Positions 1-10,493 of a DNA stretch of 32,000 nucleotides are shown piece after piece. How positions within the stretch are numbered: the stretch's first letter is position 1; the number at the start of each line of letters is the position of its first letter. Made by a program: the position numbers and the translations under genes. Source of the stretch: Caedibacter taeniospiralis (GTDB lineage Bacteria; Pseudomonadota; Gammaproteobacteria; Francisellales; Francisellaceae); assembly GCF_002803295.2 (NCBI RefSeq), contig NZ_PGGB02000006.1, positions 10,157 through 42,156 of the forward strand, given 5' to 3'. The notes under the pieces were generated by a model, which searched no databases, was not told the origin of the DNA, and was given only the letters and a program-made list of their open reading frames with translations.

Positions 1-90
1 GCGATCGAACAAAATCTGTTGCGCTCGCACGAGCTTGCCCAGCAGTTTGGCAGTGTACTTACTCATGATGGACAAAAGGATAAAGTATGA
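1..90 (+). CDS. proC: C-terminal end of upstream gene, probably pyrroline-5-carboxylate reductase (ProC)
   Basis: Frame 1 reads AIEQNLLRSHELAQQFGSVLTHDGQKDKV* with stop TGA at 88-90 overlapping the yggT ATG. The Ala/Glu/Arg-rich tail and position before yggT fit ProC, but only 29 aa are visible. Confidence 0.45.
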   Translation, partial: AIEQNLLRSHELAQQFGSVLTHDGQKDKV

Positions 91-644
91 TTAACGCATT
101 TAACAACGTCGGACTTTTTTTGATTGAAATTATTTTCAGTCTATTTGCTTATGCGCTGCTACTGCGCTTTTTTTTACAATGGGTGAAGGCAGACTTTTAT
201 AATCCGTTTTGTCAGCTGATTATGCGCATTACAAACCCCTTGTTAAAGCCATTGCGACGCGTCATTCCTGGATTTTTTGGTTTGGATTTTGCGGCTTTAG
301 TGTTGGCATATGCCGTCGTGCTGCTACAGATTATATTAGTGCAAATCCTGGGTGTAAAAAGCATGTATGTTCCTTGGGGAGTGATTTGGTTTATTTCTTT
401 AATTAAACTTATTCTCAATATTATCTGGATGTATATTATTTTGATCTTTATTCGATCCATCGCAAGCTGGTTTAGCCAAGGCTCATACAATCCCACCTTG
501 ATTGCATTAAACCAACTAACTGACCCTTTGCTGCGTAAAGCGCAAAAAATTATTCCGCCAACGCAAAGCGGGATTGATTTCTCACCGATGCTGGTGTTGA
601 TCGTGCTCATTTGTTTACAGATATTTATTTCATCAATTTTTTAA
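87..644 (+). CDS. yggT: YggT family integral membrane protein
   Basis: 185 aa ORF with duplicated hydrophobic blocks (RFFLQWVKADFYNPFCQLIMRITNPLLKPLRRVIPG ... RSIASWFSQGSYNPTLIALNQLTDPLLRKAQKIIPP) typical of YggT. Confidence 0.9.
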   Translation: MINAFNNVGLFLIEIIFSLFAYALLLRFFLQWVKADFYNPFCQLIMRITNPLLKPLRRVIPGFFGLDFAALVLAYAVVLLQIILVQILGVKSMYVPWGVIWFISLIKLILNIIWMYIILIFIRSIASWFSQGSYNPTLIALNQLTDPLLRKAQKIIPPTQSGIDFSPMLVLIVLICLQIFISSIF

Positions 645-693
645 GGTTTAGGCAAATTTCCCGCTCTCTATTGTGTATTTAGGCTCTGAAGAA

Positions 694-1188
694 TCATTTT
701 TTAGGTGAAATATTTTTCGCCCCCATGCTTATCACAATCAAAATTATAGCACCAATGCAAATGGCAGAGTCAGCGATATTAAACGCTGGCCAGTGATAAT
801 TATTGAGATGAAAATCCAGGAAGTCGATGACGTAGCCATGAAGCATGCGGTCATATACATTACCCAGCGCGCCACCTAAAATAAGTGCCAAAGCACAGGC
901 AGTCAGGTTCTTGTTTTTCGGTAGTTTAGTAAGCCAGATTAAAATGACCACGGCGACAACGATGGCAATACCTGAGAGTAACACGACCTGCCATGTCGTA
1001 TCAGCATTGCTTAAAAAGCTAAATGCCGCACCATAATTATGCAAAAGGGTTAAATTAAAAAACGGCAATATTTCAACAGGTTTGGCATAGTTTAATGAGG
1101 CAGAGGCAAAATATTTGCTGCCAAGATCAATGATTATGACAACGATACTCAAGAGCACCCACCGCAATTGATTATTATGCAAACTCAC
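694..1188 (-). CDS. lspA: Lipoprotein signal peptidase (signal peptidase II)
   Basis: Motifs [40 protein letters not shown] and [11 protein letters not shown]. The probable start is GTG at 1188 ([10 protein letters not shown]), after ggagaacatc; the tracked ORF to 1323 is an over-extension into ileS. Confidence 0.93.
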   Translation of the reverse strand: MSLHNNQLRWVLLSIVVIIIDLGSKYFASASLNYAKPVEILPFFNLTLLHNYGAAFSFLSNADTTWQVVLLSGIAIVVAVVILIWLTKLPKNKNLTACALALILGGALGNVYDRMLHGYVIDFLDFHLNNYHWPAFNIADSAICIGAIILIVISMGAKNISPKK

Positions 1189-3982
1189 GATGTTCTCCTT
1201 GTTCAGTGGTGATATTTTCAACGCAGCGCTCACAAATATCAGGGTATTCACTATTTGAGCCAATATCTTCACGGCGGTGCCAGCAGCGTTCACATTTGGC
1301 GGCTTCGGATTTTTCAACCACAATGCTTAAGCCTTTGATTTCAGTGTCTATAGCAGCCGTGGTTTTTTGTGACAGCGGACAAAGATTGACGTTTGAAACG
1401 ATCAAAGCAAAGCGCAGTTCATCTTTGAGTTTGGCTAGTTGCGCATAAAGTTTCTCATCGGCAAATACGCTGACATTTGCCTCTAACGATGCTCCTAAAA
1501 CACCTTCAGCGCGCCTAAGCTCAAGGAGTTTGTTGCACTCAGTGCGCACATCTTGAATCATTTGCCAGTAAGCAAGATTAAGGGGATTGGAGTCTCTCAA
1601 TTGAGATAACCCTTGATACCACTCACAAGTTACAAATTGAGGTTTGTTGCCAGGAATGGCTGCATAAATTTCATCCGCGGTAAAGCAAAGAATCGGGGAC
1701 ATCCAGCGCACCAGCGCATGGATAATATGATACATTGCCGTTTGCGCAGATTTTCGTGCAAGACCATTAGCCTTGGCAGTATATTGACGATCTTTAATAA
1801 CATCCAGATAAAAACTACCCATATCAATGGAGCAAAAATGATGAATCTGTTGCGCAACAACGTGGAAATTATACTCATCATAGGCAGCGATAACTTTTTG
1901 TTGGACTTCATATGCGTTAGCAATTGCCCATTGATCCAGTGCCACTAATTGATCAAATGCCAGCGAATCTGTTTCTGGATCAAAGCCGTCAAGGTTTGCT
2001 AACAGAAAACGCGCGGTATTACGTAATCTCCTGTACGTATCGGCATTACGTTTTAGAATCTCATCAGAAACCGTCATTTCGGTGCGATAGTCAGTCGCGG
2101 CTACCCACAATCTTAGAATATCCGCACCCAAAGTATTAACGACATCTTGTGGAGAGACGACATTCCCTAAGGATTTAGACATTTTTTTGCCATGCGCATC
2201 AACCGTAAACCCATGGGTTAATACCTGCTTAAAAGGGGCTTGATCGCAACGCGCAAGACTCGTAAGCAGTGAAGTTTGAAACCAGCCACGATGCTGATCT
2301 GAGCCTTCTAAATATAAATCAGCGGGAAAGCGTAGATCTTTGTTATGCTCGAGTACACAGGCATTGGATGTGCCTGAGTCAAACCATACATCTAAGGTAT
2401 CGGTAACGCGCTGATACTCAGGTGTTTCACTAATAAACTGACTATCATCAGCATCAAACCAGGCTTCAACTCCACCCTTTTCAATTGCAAGGGCCACTTT
2501 CTCGATAATAGCCTCGGTCTTAGGATGTAATTCCTCTGTTTCCTTATGGATAAACAATGGAATTGGCACCCCCCAGGTACGCTGACGCGAGATACACCAA
2601 TCAGGGCGACCCTGCATCATCGCTTCAATGCGATTTTGCCCCCAGCTTGGCACCCATTTAACCTCTTTGATGGTTTCCTCGGCACGCGTACGCAAATGAT
2701 TGTTTTCCATGCTGATAAACCACTGCGGTGTTGCACGAAAAATAAGAGGGGTTTTATGGCGCCAGCAGTGTGGATAACTATGTTCTAGTTTATGTAGATT
2801 AAGCAGGGCATTCTTTTCTTTAAGCACTTCAACGACGTGGTCATTTGCCTTAAAGACAAATTCACCTGCAAATAGTTCGGTATTATCGTGGTAGCAACCC
2901 TGATTGTTAACTGGGTTATCAATGGGTAAAGCATGCAATTTACCTAGAGCAAAATCCTCAACCCCGTGCGCAGGTGCGGTGTGTACCAATCCCGTACCCG
3001 AGTCAACCGTCACATGATCACCATGCAACACTGGCACGATGCGATTGTAAAATGGGTGATGCACTTGCAATTGTGTCAGCTCATCACCAGAAACGCTGGC
3101 AAGAATATGATATTCATCAATGTTCGCGCGCTTCATCAGGGCTTCCACTAGCTCGGTGGCAACAATAATATATTGATCCTTGTGAAAATTGACAACGGCA
3201 TAGCTTATTTCGTTATGCACGGCAATCGCCTGGTTGGCAGGTAGTGTCCATGGTGTCGTTGTCCAGATAACTGCAGCAGTGTTATCAGATAAATGATCCA
3301 GACCAAAAGCTTCTGCCCATTTTTCAGGTTCGACAATGGGGAACTTGACATCAATCGCAGGGGAAACTTTATCTTTGTATTCTACTTCAGCCTCAGCCAA
3401 TGCTGAGCCACACTCAGGGCACCAGTGCACTGGTTTGAAACCCTTGGTTAAGTGTCCATTTTTAATAATGCTGCCAAGCGTTCTAACAATATTAGCTTCA
3501 TAATCGAAGTTCATGGTTAAGTAAGGCTTATCCCAATCGCCCAGCACGCCTAGGCGTTTGAAGTCAACTGCTTGGCGTTCAACCTGCTTCTTAGCATAGT
3601 GACGACATTCTTTACGAAAGGCATTGGCATCAATTTTGACCCCCGCTTTACCCACCTTTTTTTCCACTTGATGTTCGATTGGCAGACCATGACAATCCCA
3701 ACCTGGCACATAGGGGGCATCAAACCCTGAAAGCGTTTTTGAGCGCACGACCATGTCTTTTAAAATCTTGTTGACCGCATGCCCTACGTGAATATCTCCA
3801 TTGGCATAAGGAGGTCCATCATGCAGAATGAATTTTTCACGTCCTGAGAAATGCTGACGAATTTTTTGATAAACCCCTTCATCTTCCCACTGTTTTAAGC
3901 GTAGTGGTTCCCTTTGCGCTAAATTTGCCTTCATTGCGAAGGATGTTTTAGGCAAGTTTAAAGTGCTTTTATAGTCTGCCAT
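1175..3982 (-). CDS. ileS: Isoleucyl-tRNA synthetase
   Basis: 935 aa with [22 protein letters not shown] (HIGH-type motif), GMSK-like [11 protein letters not shown], and a C-terminal zinc site [12 protein letters not shown]...CERCVENI. Confidence 0.98.
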   Translation of the reverse strand: MADYKSTLNLPKTSFAMKANLAQREPLRLKQWEDEGVYQKIRQHFSGREKFILHDGPPYANGDIHVGHAVNKILKDMVVRSKTLSGFDAPYVPGWDCHGLPIEHQVEKKVGKAGVKIDANAFRKECRHYAKKQVERQAVDFKRLGVLGDWDKPYLTMNFDYEANIVRTLGSIIKNGHLTKGFKPVHWCPECGSALAEAEVEYKDKVSPAIDVKFPIVEPEKWAEAFGLDHLSDNTAAVIWTTTPWTLPANQAIAVHNEISYAVVNFHKDQYIIVATELVEALMKRANIDEYHILASVSGDELTQLQVHHPFYNRIVPVLHGDHVTVDSGTGLVHTAPAHGVEDFALGKLHALPIDNPVNNQGCYHDNTELFAGEFVFKANDHVVEVLKEKNALLNLHKLEHSYPHCWRHKTPLIFRATPQWFISMENNHLRTRAEETIKEVKWVPSWGQNRIEAMMQGRPDWCISRQRTWGVPIPLFIHKETEELHPKTEAIIEKVALAIEKGGVEAWFDADDSQFISETPEYQRVTDTLDVWFDSGTSNACVLEHNKDLRFPADLYLEGSDQHRGWFQTSLLTSLARCDQAPFKQVLTHGFTVDAHGKKMSKSLGNVVSPQDVVNTLGADILRLWVAATDYRTEMTVSDEILKRNADTYRRLRNTARFLLANLDGFDPETDSLAFDQLVALDQWAIANAYEVQQKVIAAYDEYNFHVVAQQIHHFCSIDMGSFYLDVIKDRQYTAKANGLARKSAQTAMYHIIHALVRWMSPILCFTADEIYAAIPGNKPQFVTCEWYQGLSQLRDSNPLNLAYWQMIQDVRTECNKLLELRRAEGVLGASLEANVSVFADEKLYAQLAKLKDELRFALIVSNVNLCPLSQKTTAAIDTEIKGLSIVVEKSEAAKCERCWHRREDIGSNSEYPDICERCVENITTEQGEHREFA

Positions 3983-3984
3983 AT

Positions 3985-4938
3985 CTAAACCTTTTCATTG
4001 ATTGCTAACCTGTGTTGTTCCAGCCAGTCAAGTGCGACCTGTTTGTCTTTCACAATCTGCTCTTTTAGTGCATCCAAGCTTGAAAACTTCTGTTCACTGC
4101 GTACAAAATGCAAGAACTCAATCGTAACATATTGCCCATATAAGTCATGCGCAAAACTGAAAATATGTATTTCTAAGAGCCTTATTTTGCCGCATACGGT
4201 GGGACGCACGCCAATATTGGCAACGCCACGATAAACTTTGTCTTTAATATGGACGTTGACAACATAAACCCCTGACGCAGCAACCTGTGTTGGCATCGGG
4301 ATGTTGATGGTTGGAAAGCCAATTTTACGACCATTTTGATCACCGTGATGAACGCGCCCACTTAAGGTATACGCTCGACCAAGAAACGCTTTGACTTCGT
4401 TAAATTTTCCTCTGCCAATTAATTCACGAATATAGCTGCTACTAATGCGCGTTCCCAAAAGCGTGTAAGAAGGCAAACTCTCAACACTGAACCCATGTTG
4501 CTTACCCAGTGCCTGCAAAAGCGTAAAATCACCCTCACGCTTATAACCAAAGCGAAAATCATCACCAATAATAACATGGATTGCATTAAGCCCATCAACA
4601 AGGATTTGTTTAACAAAGGCTTCTGGGCTTAAGCTCGCTAGTTTTTGATTGAACTGAAGGCATAAAACCTGGTCGACATCGAGTATCTTAAGCGCCTGGA
4701 TTTTATCGCGAAAGGGTGTGATACGCAGGGGTGCTTGATCTTTTAAAAAAAACTCTTTGGGTTGCGGCTCAAAGCACACGACACAGGTTCGCGCTCTTTG
4801 CGTCTGTGCTAATCGCTGCATATGATGGATAATCTGGCGATGTCCCAGGTGCATGCCATCAAAATTTCCAATGGTGACGATGCTTGGGGTGTTGTGATGT
4901 TTAATATGGTTTAAATCTGCAAGTCGTAACAGTTGCAT
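3985..4938 (-). CDS. ribF: Bifunctional riboflavin kinase/FAD synthetase
   Basis: [40 protein letters not shown], and kinase part [20 protein letters not shown]. Located directly upstream of ileS as in many proteobacteria. Confidence 0.96.
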   Translation of the reverse strand: MQLLRLADLNHIKHHNTPSIVTIGNFDGMHLGHRQIIHHMQRLAQTQRARTCVVCFEPQPKEFFLKDQAPLRITPFRDKIQALKILDVDQVLCLQFNQKLASLSPEAFVKQILVDGLNAIHVIIGDDFRFGYKREGDFTLLQALGKQHGFSVESLPSYTLLGTRISSSYIRELIGRGKFNEVKAFLGRAYTLSGRVHHGDQNGRKIGFPTINIPMPTQVAASGVYVVNVHIKDKVYRGVANIGVRPTVCGKIRLLEIHIFSFAHDLYGQYVTIEFLHFVRSEQKFSSLDALKEQIVKDKQVALDWLEQHRLAINEKV

Positions 4939-5099
4939 GTGTGTGGTATGCCTGCTTATTACCCCTAATATTTTTTGGGGGGTGATTGAAACTGCTGGGC
5001 ATTATATCAGTTAAGAATGATTTTGCAGTACTTATTCACTACACACATCCAGGATGCTGTATAATCTAGCGGGCTTGATTTTCTAAGAGGTTTAACGAT

Positions 5100-5834
5100 A
5101 TGTATTTTGCAAAATATGATCAAATGAAAGAAAAGCTTGATAGCTATCGACCTTTATCTTATGAATTGCTCCATAATTTGCATGAAAATTTGATTTTAGA
5201 CTGGACGTATCACTCTAATGCTATTGAGGGCAATACGCTAACGCTAAAAGAGACGAGAATTGCTCTTGAAGGTATTACGGTTGGTGGCAAAACCTTGAGA
5301 GAGCATTTTGAAGCAATAAATCATAAAGATGCCATTTTATATGTTGAAGGCTTGGTGTCTCAAGTTGAACCCATTACCGAATGGGTGATTAAATCGATAC
5401 ATCAATTGATATTAAAAAACATCGATGATAGTAATGCAGGAAAATATCGCACAATCAATGTCAAAATTATGGGCGCTAAACACATTCCCCCTGAGTACAT
5501 TCATTTGCCACAATTAATGCAAGAGTTAATTGCAAGCCATGAATCATGGTGTAGTTTGCATCCTATAGAAAGAGCAGCAAGATTGCATGGTGAGTTTGTT
5601 AAAATTCATCCCTTTGTAGATGGTAATGGAAGAACGAGCAGGCTTTTGATGAATCTGGTTTTGATGCAAAACGGTTATCCTGCGGTTGTGCTGCCTGTTG
5701 AGAAAAGACTGGAATATTATCATGCGCTGGATAAAGCACATATGACAAATGATTATGATGATTTTATTGACTTGTTGTGCGCCATTGTGGAGGAGTCCTT
5801 TAAAACCTACTGGTTTGCTTTAGGCGTGAAATAG
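5100..5834 (+). CDS. Fic/DOC family protein (probable class II Fic AMP-transferase with N-terminal inhibitory motif)
   Basis: Fic motif HPFVDGNGRTSR and N-terminal SNAIEGN, matching the [S/T]xxxE[G/N] inhibitory helix motif. Confidence 0.92.
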   Translation: MYFAKYDQMKEKLDSYRPLSYELLHNLHENLILDWTYHSNAIEGNTLTLKETRIALEGITVGGKTLREHFEAINHKDAILYVEGLVSQVEPITEWVIKSIHQLILKNIDDSNAGKYRTINVKIMGAKHIPPEYIHLPQLMQELIASHESWCSLHPIERAARLHGEFVKIHPFVDGNGRTSRLLMNLVLMQNGYPAVVLPVEKRLEYYHALDKAHMTNDYDDFIDLLCAIVEESFKTYWFALGVK

Positions 5835-5851
5835 TGGCGCGTAACACCGAG

Positions 5852-6079
5852 CTATGCTTCTACTGCAATGCAAATAAGCACTTCGTCGGATTGAATAGAA
5901 GCCAGTGGTTCTTTGACATATTTGACCTTGCCAGAGATAAGCTGGCAACGGCAAGTACCACAAACCCCATTGCGACACTGAAAGTTTGCGGCAATGCCTT
6001 CATTTTCCAAGGCTTCTAATATTGTTAAATCTGTATCCTCAACCTGAATGATTTGGTCATTAAGGTAAATGGCAAGCAT
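5852..6079 (-). CDS. 2Fe-2S ferredoxin, YfaE-like, associated with ribonucleotide reductase
   Basis: FQCRNGVCGTCRCQLISG...EVLICIAVEA [2Fe-2S] cysteine pattern, downstream of nrdB on the same strand. The start is set to MLAIYLNDQIIQ; the tracked ORF extends upstream into a repeat. Confidence 0.88.
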   Translation of the reverse strand: MLAIYLNDQIIQVEDTDLTILEALENEGIAANFQCRNGVCGTCRCQLISGKVKYVKEPLASIQSDEVLICIAVEA

Positions 6080-6113
6080 TGTTAGTGATCTCCAACTTAT
6101 TAACGCACTTGGT

Positions 6114-6198
6114 GTAGGGTGGATAAACGAAAGCGCGTCCACCAATACTCAACCTGTTTGTTTTTCCGCGTGGATGCGCTTTCGCTTATCCACCCTAC
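6114..6198. repeat. Palindromic intergenic repeat (30-bp imperfect inverted arms, 25-bp loop)
   Basis: Left arm GTAGGGTGGATAAACGAAAGCGCGTCCACC (6114-6143). Reverse complement of right arm GTAGGGTGGATAAGCGAAAGCGCATCCACG (6169-6198). 27/30 positions are identical. Confidence 0.85.
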
Positions 6199-6249
6199 TA
6201 CTTTCATAACAAAACAGAATCTTGGGGTTGACCATATTTCTTCCCACAA

Positions 6250-6308
6250 GGGCGTATTCAATACGCCCCTACGATTGTTTAAACGAAAAATGGGCTGAAA
6301 TTCTGTCA
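6250..6308 (+). repeat. Dispersed intergenic repeat copy A, with GGGCGTATT/AATACGCCC palindrome
   Basis: Sequence gtattcaatacgcccctacgattgtttaaacgaaaaatgggctgaaattctgtca recurs in inverse orientation at 10441-10493. It begins with the palindrome gggcgtatt-c-aatacgccc (6250-6268). Confidence 0.75.
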
Positions 6309-6336
6309 AAGCCAGGATTTTTAAATTTGAGCTCCC

Positions 6337-7488
6337 CTACAGCTCAAAACCACTAAAAGCATTGTCTGAAACGTTACTGTCAATTTGACCGACAAGATAG
6401 GAGCTGATTTCGGTTTCTTGTGGCGCGACCTGGACATTGTCTGAGTTAAGATAGTGATTAATCCAGGGAATGGGATTATTTTTGGGTGCATTAATATCAT
6501 GGGTCTCAAGACCTACAGCCTGCATGCGCTCTTTGGCTAAATAGTCGATGTATTGGCAAAGGATCTGTTCATTAAGTCCCAGGATTGAACCATGAGCAAA
6601 GAGGTATTTCGCCCAGGCTTTTTCCTGCAATATGGTCTCTTTAAAAATGGCTTCTGCTTCAACTTGTGAATGGCAGGCGATTTCACTTAATTCTGTATCA
6701 CCATCTTTACCCGACAAGATAATATTAATCATATGCTGGGTGCTGGTTAGGTGGATGGATTCATCACGGGCAATAAGCTTCATGATTTTGCCACAGCCTT
6801 CCAGTTTTTTTTGCTCAGAAAAAGCAAAGGTGCAGGCAAAACTGACATAAAAGCGAATAGCCTCAAGTGCATTTACGGCATGGAGTGCAAGATACAGTCC
6901 TTTTTTAACGGTTTGTTCACTTATCTCAATCGATTTTCCGTGAATGACGTAGTTCCCTACCCCTTGCGTTTGTAGAAGCTGCGTTTGCACAATCAGCTGA
7001 TCATAATAGTAAGTAATATTCTGTGCACGTTTACGAATTTCGGTATTATCAACAATAGCATCAAAAACGGGAGTTGGATCATCCATCAACGATCTCACCA
7101 TATGCGTATACGAACGGCTATGAATCGTCTCAAAAAAACTCCAGGTTTCAATCCAGGTTTCAAGTTCAGGCAAAGACACCAAGGGTAGAAAAGCAATATT
7201 GGGACTTCGACCCTGGACCGAGTCCAGCAAAGTCTGGTATTGCAGGTTGGATAAAAAAATATGACGTTCAATTTCGCTGAATTTTTGAAAATCAATACGA
7301 TCTCGACTTAAATCTACTTCCTCTGGACGCCAAAAGAAAGACAACTGCTTTTCAATTAAGCGCTCAAAAATGGGATGTTTTTGCTGATCAAAGCGCGACA
7401 CATTAACTGAGGCGCCAAAGAACATGGGTTCATAGAGTTGATGATTGGACTTCGTTTGAAAAGTTGAATAAGTATAATAGTTTGTCAT
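6337..7488 (-). CDS. nrdB: Class Ia ribonucleoside-diphosphate reductase beta subunit
   Basis: 383 aa with [30 protein letters not shown] and iron ligand region [14 protein letters not shown]. Confidence 0.97.
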   Translation of the reverse strand: MTNYYTYSTFQTKSNHQLYEPMFFGASVNVSRFDQQKHPIFERLIEKQLSFFWRPEEVDLSRDRIDFQKFSEIERHIFLSNLQYQTLLDSVQGRSPNIAFLPLVSLPELETWIETWSFFETIHSRSYTHMVRSLMDDPTPVFDAIVDNTEIRKRAQNITYYYDQLIVQTQLLQTQGVGNYVIHGKSIEISEQTVKKGLYLALHAVNALEAIRFYVSFACTFAFSEQKKLEGCGKIMKLIARDESIHLTSTQHMINIILSGKDGDTELSEIACHSQVEAEAIFKETILQEKAWAKYLFAHGSILGLNEQILCQYIDYLAKERMQAVGLETHDINAPKNNPIPWINHYLNSDNVQVAPQETEISSYLVGQIDSNVSDNAFSGFEL

Positions 7489-7497
7489 GATAATACC

Positions 7498-9768
7498 TTA
7501 AATTTTACATGCGCCAGATTCGCATTCATCAGCTTCCATGGCGTGAGATGCTTTTTGTTCAGAATGGTCGCGTGTATTGTGATAATAAAGGGTTTTTAAG
7601 CCATATTTATAAGCGATAAGAAGATCAGCCATCAAGGTTTGCATCGGAACCTTTTGCTCGCTAAAACGCACAGGATCATAGTTGGTGTTCGCTGAGATGG
7701 ATTGATCGATGAATTTTTGGATAATCGCACAAATTTCTAAGTAACCACGATTATCGGGCATTTGCCATAAAAGCTCATACTGATTGCCTAAGCGCGTAAT
7801 TTCAGGAACGACTTGCTTTAATACCCCATCTTTACTTTGTTTGATAGACACCAGTCCGCGGGGTGGCTCAATCCCATTGGTTGCATTAGCAATTTGCGAG
7901 GAGGTTTCAGAGGGCATAATGGCACTTAAAGTTGAGTTTCTAAGACCATATTGTTGAATATCCTTGCGTAGAGTTTCCCAGTCATGTTGCAAAGGGAAAT
8001 GGGCAAATTCATCGATATTCTTCTTATAGTGATCAATCGGTAACAGACCTTGTGCGTAATTAGTCTCATGAAAATATGCACAAGCTGATTTCTCTTTGGC
8101 AAGGCGATTGGACGCGTTTAATAAATAATACTGAATTGCTTCAAAGGTCTGGTGTGTGAGTTTATTGGCGCTGCCATCACTGTATCTGACCTTGTTTTTT
8201 GCCAAATAGTAAGCGAAGTTAATGACACCAACGCCGAGACTACGTCTGGCTTTAGCAGGGATTTCAGCCGCTTTTAGTGGATAGTTCTGATAATCCAACA
8301 AGTGATCAAGTGCGCTCACAATTAAAAACGTAAGATGCTTAAGCTCATCCAAAGAATCAATCGCCCCAAGATTAAAAGCCGAAAGCGTACACAAGGCAAT
8401 CTCGCCTTCTTCATCAAAAATATGCTGAAGTGGCTTGGTGGGAAGTGTTATTTCCATGCACAGATTAGACTGCTTAATGGGGGCAAGTTTTGGGTTAAAC
8501 GCGGAGTGGGTGTTACAATGGTCAACGTTTTGAATATAGATTCGCCCCGTTTGCGCACGCTCTTGCATAAGTAAAGAAAAAAGCTCAGTCGCTTTAATCT
8601 TCTTCTTGCGAATCCGCGGATTGGCTTCACCAGCAATATAAAGTCTTTCAAATTCCGCTTGATCAGCAAAAAACGCATCGTAAAGTCCAGGAACATCAGA
8701 AGGACTAAACAATGTGATCTCTTTTTGTTCAATCAAGCGCTGATACATCAGTTTATTGATTTGGACGCCATAATCCAAATGGCGGATACGATTGTCCTCA
8801 ACGCCACGATTATTCTTAAGCACCAAAAGGGACTCCACTTCCAAATGCCAAAGTGGATAAAAAAGTGTCGCCGCTCCTCCACGCACACCTCCTTGAGAGC
8901 AGGACTTAACAGCGGTTTGGAAATATTTATAAAATGGGATGCAACCCGTGTGTAGAGCTTCTCCACCTCTGATTTCACTTCCCAACGCGCGGATTTTGCC
9001 TGCATTAATCCCAATGCCTGCGCGTTGTGAGACGTATTTGACAATGGCAGATGCCGAGGCATTAATCGAGTCCAGGCTATCATCGGTATCAATTAACACA
9101 CATGAGCTAAATTGTCTGGTAGGAGTCCTGACCCCTGCCATAATCGGGGTGGGCAGTGAAATTTTGAACTGACTAATAGCATCATAAAAATCAAGTACAT
9201 ATTGCAGGCGAGTTGATCTCTCATGCTTGCTAAAAAGGCAGGCACTCACCAGCATATAAAGCATCTGTGGTGTTTCATAAATTTGACCCGTGACACGATT
9301 TTGCACCAGATATTTGCCTTGCATTTGATTCACCGCGGCGTAAGTGAAGTTCATATCGCGCCAATGATCGATATGCTTATTCATTAAATCAAACTCTTCA
9401 TGCGTATAATCTTCAAGTAACTTGGCATCATACTTGTTAAGCTCAACAAGCTTTTTAACCTGATCATATAAATGAGGGGACTCAAATTGACCATAAGCCA
9501 GTTTTCGCAAATGAAAAATCGCCAAACGTGCTGCCATATATTGATAATCTGGTGTTTCCTCAGAAATTAAATCAGCCGCGGTTTTAATAATAATGGCTTG
9601 AATGTCGGATGTTTTCATGCCCTCATATAGCTGAATGTGAGATTGAAGTTCAACTTGTGAAACCGAAACATTTTCTAAACCTTCAGCAGCCCAGGTGATC
9701 ACGCGGTGAATTTTATCCAGGTTGACAGGCTCTAGCTTGCCTGATCTTTTCATGACATTAACGTGCAT
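7498..9768 (-). CDS. nrdA: Class Ia ribonucleoside-diphosphate reductase alpha subunit
   Basis: 756 aa with N-terminal ATP-cone-like segment, CVLIDTDDSLDSI, NLCMEITLPTKPL, and C-terminal redox tail ECESGACKI. Confidence 0.98.
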   Translation of the reverse strand: MHVNVMKRSGKLEPVNLDKIHRVITWAAEGLENVSVSQVELQSHIQLYEGMKTSDIQAIIIKTAADLISEETPDYQYMAARLAIFHLRKLAYGQFESPHLYDQVKKLVELNKYDAKLLEDYTHEEFDLMNKHIDHWRDMNFTYAAVNQMQGKYLVQNRVTGQIYETPQMLYMLVSACLFSKHERSTRLQYVLDFYDAISQFKISLPTPIMAGVRTPTRQFSSCVLIDTDDSLDSINASASAIVKYVSQRAGIGINAGKIRALGSEIRGGEALHTGCIPFYKYFQTAVKSCSQGGVRGGAATLFYPLWHLEVESLLVLKNNRGVEDNRIRHLDYGVQINKLMYQRLIEQKEITLFSPSDVPGLYDAFFADQAEFERLYIAGEANPRIRKKKIKATELFSLLMQERAQTGRIYIQNVDHCNTHSAFNPKLAPIKQSNLCMEITLPTKPLQHIFDEEGEIALCTLSAFNLGAIDSLDELKHLTFLIVSALDHLLDYQNYPLKAAEIPAKARRSLGVGVINFAYYLAKNKVRYSDGSANKLTHQTFEAIQYYLLNASNRLAKEKSACAYFHETNYAQGLLPIDHYKKNIDEFAHFPLQHDWETLRKDIQQYGLRNSTLSAIMPSETSSQIANATNGIEPPRGLVSIKQSKDGVLKQVVPEITRLGNQYELLWQMPDNRGYLEICAIIQKFIDQSISANTNYDPVRFSEQKVPMQTLMADLLIAYKYGLKTLYYHNTRDHSEQKASHAMEADECESGACKI

Positions 9769-9842
9769 TCTTTCGTTTTCCCTTTGGTAGGTGGTGAGTA
9801 AAACAAAAGCAGCGTGGAAAATTTAAGGCACAGCTTCATTTA

Positions 9843-10015
9843 CTGGATCTATGCACTTTTGCTGGCTTTCCGAAAATTCCCCTTCGTTAGCGAAGGGGGG
9901 TGAAAAGCGCCCGAAAGAAGCAAACAGTTTTGCTTCTTTAGCTTTGAACGCCACAAGCTCTGCGCGTGAAGCAGACGGGGTAGTCTTTAAAGCCAGCAAA
10001 AGTGCATAGATCCAG
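9843..10015. repeat. 173-bp element bounded by perfect 27-bp inverted repeats
   Basis: CTGGATCTATGCACTTTTGCTGGCTTT (9843-9869) and its exact reverse complement AAAGCCAGCAAAAGTGCATAGATCCAG (9989-10015). An inner hairpin CCCCTTCG-TTAG-CGAAGGGG lies just inside. Confidence 0.85.
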
Positions 10016-10356
10016 CAAACAAAACGCTGTTAGTCAATGAACATACATTGACTCATGTGCTCGCTTTGTTCCACGAAAGCTTTTCACACAGTCAACTAAT
10101 GGCAGATATTCGGGCTTATGGACACATTTAACACCTACTGGATACTGCTTCCCAATTGTTTGTCAATCAGTGCGTTTCTTGGCTAAATATCATTAAGCTC
10201 AAGTGTATCGTTCGTTTCCAATTACCGCTGCGGACCAGCTCTGGATTTACACCAGATTCCCTCTTGCGTTGCATTTTGAGTAAAACATATCAGCTCTGAC
10301 CATCTTTCCGTCCACCATCACCCTGCACGAAGCCGCAGGGGTCATTTGGAAACTGG

Positions 10357-10403
10357 ATTCCCGCCTTCGCGCGCTTGACCCTCTAGAGTGGTCAAGCGGG
10401 AAT
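10357..10403. repeat. Nested palindromic repeat
   Basis: Outer arms ATTCCCGC (10357-10364) / GCGGGAAT (10396-10403). Inner CGCTTGACC (10372-10380) / GGTCAAGCG (10390-10398), with a CTCTAGAG palindrome in the loop. Confidence 0.65.
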
Positions 10404-10440
10404 GACAGTGGGATGAAAATCTTGTCTAAGCCAACAAATC

Positions 10441-10493
10441 TGACGGATTTCAGCCCATTTTTATTTGAACAAACGCAGGGGCGTATTGAACAC
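10441..10493 (-). repeat. Dispersed intergenic repeat copy B (inverse of the copy at 6254-6308)
   Basis: The reverse complement gtgttcaatacgcccctgcgtttgttcaaataaaaatgggctgaaatccgtca aligns to 6254-6308, roughly 85% by eye with small indels. Confidence 0.75.

Noticed and set aside
1188-1323. N-terminal extension of lspA in the ORF track
   Set aside because: The extension lies inside ileS and is not signal-peptidase-like. The GTG at 1188 after ggagaaca gives the normal LspA N-terminus.
6080-6145. N-terminal extension of the ferredoxin ORF
   Set aside because: MVDALSFIHPTPSALISWRSLT is translated from the left arm of the palindromic repeat and is not ferredoxin-like.
7074-9172. Numerous overlapping 60-100 aa ORFs antisense to nrdA and nrdB
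   Set aside because: They are opposite-strand open frames inside two strongly supported conserved genes, with no domain similarity.
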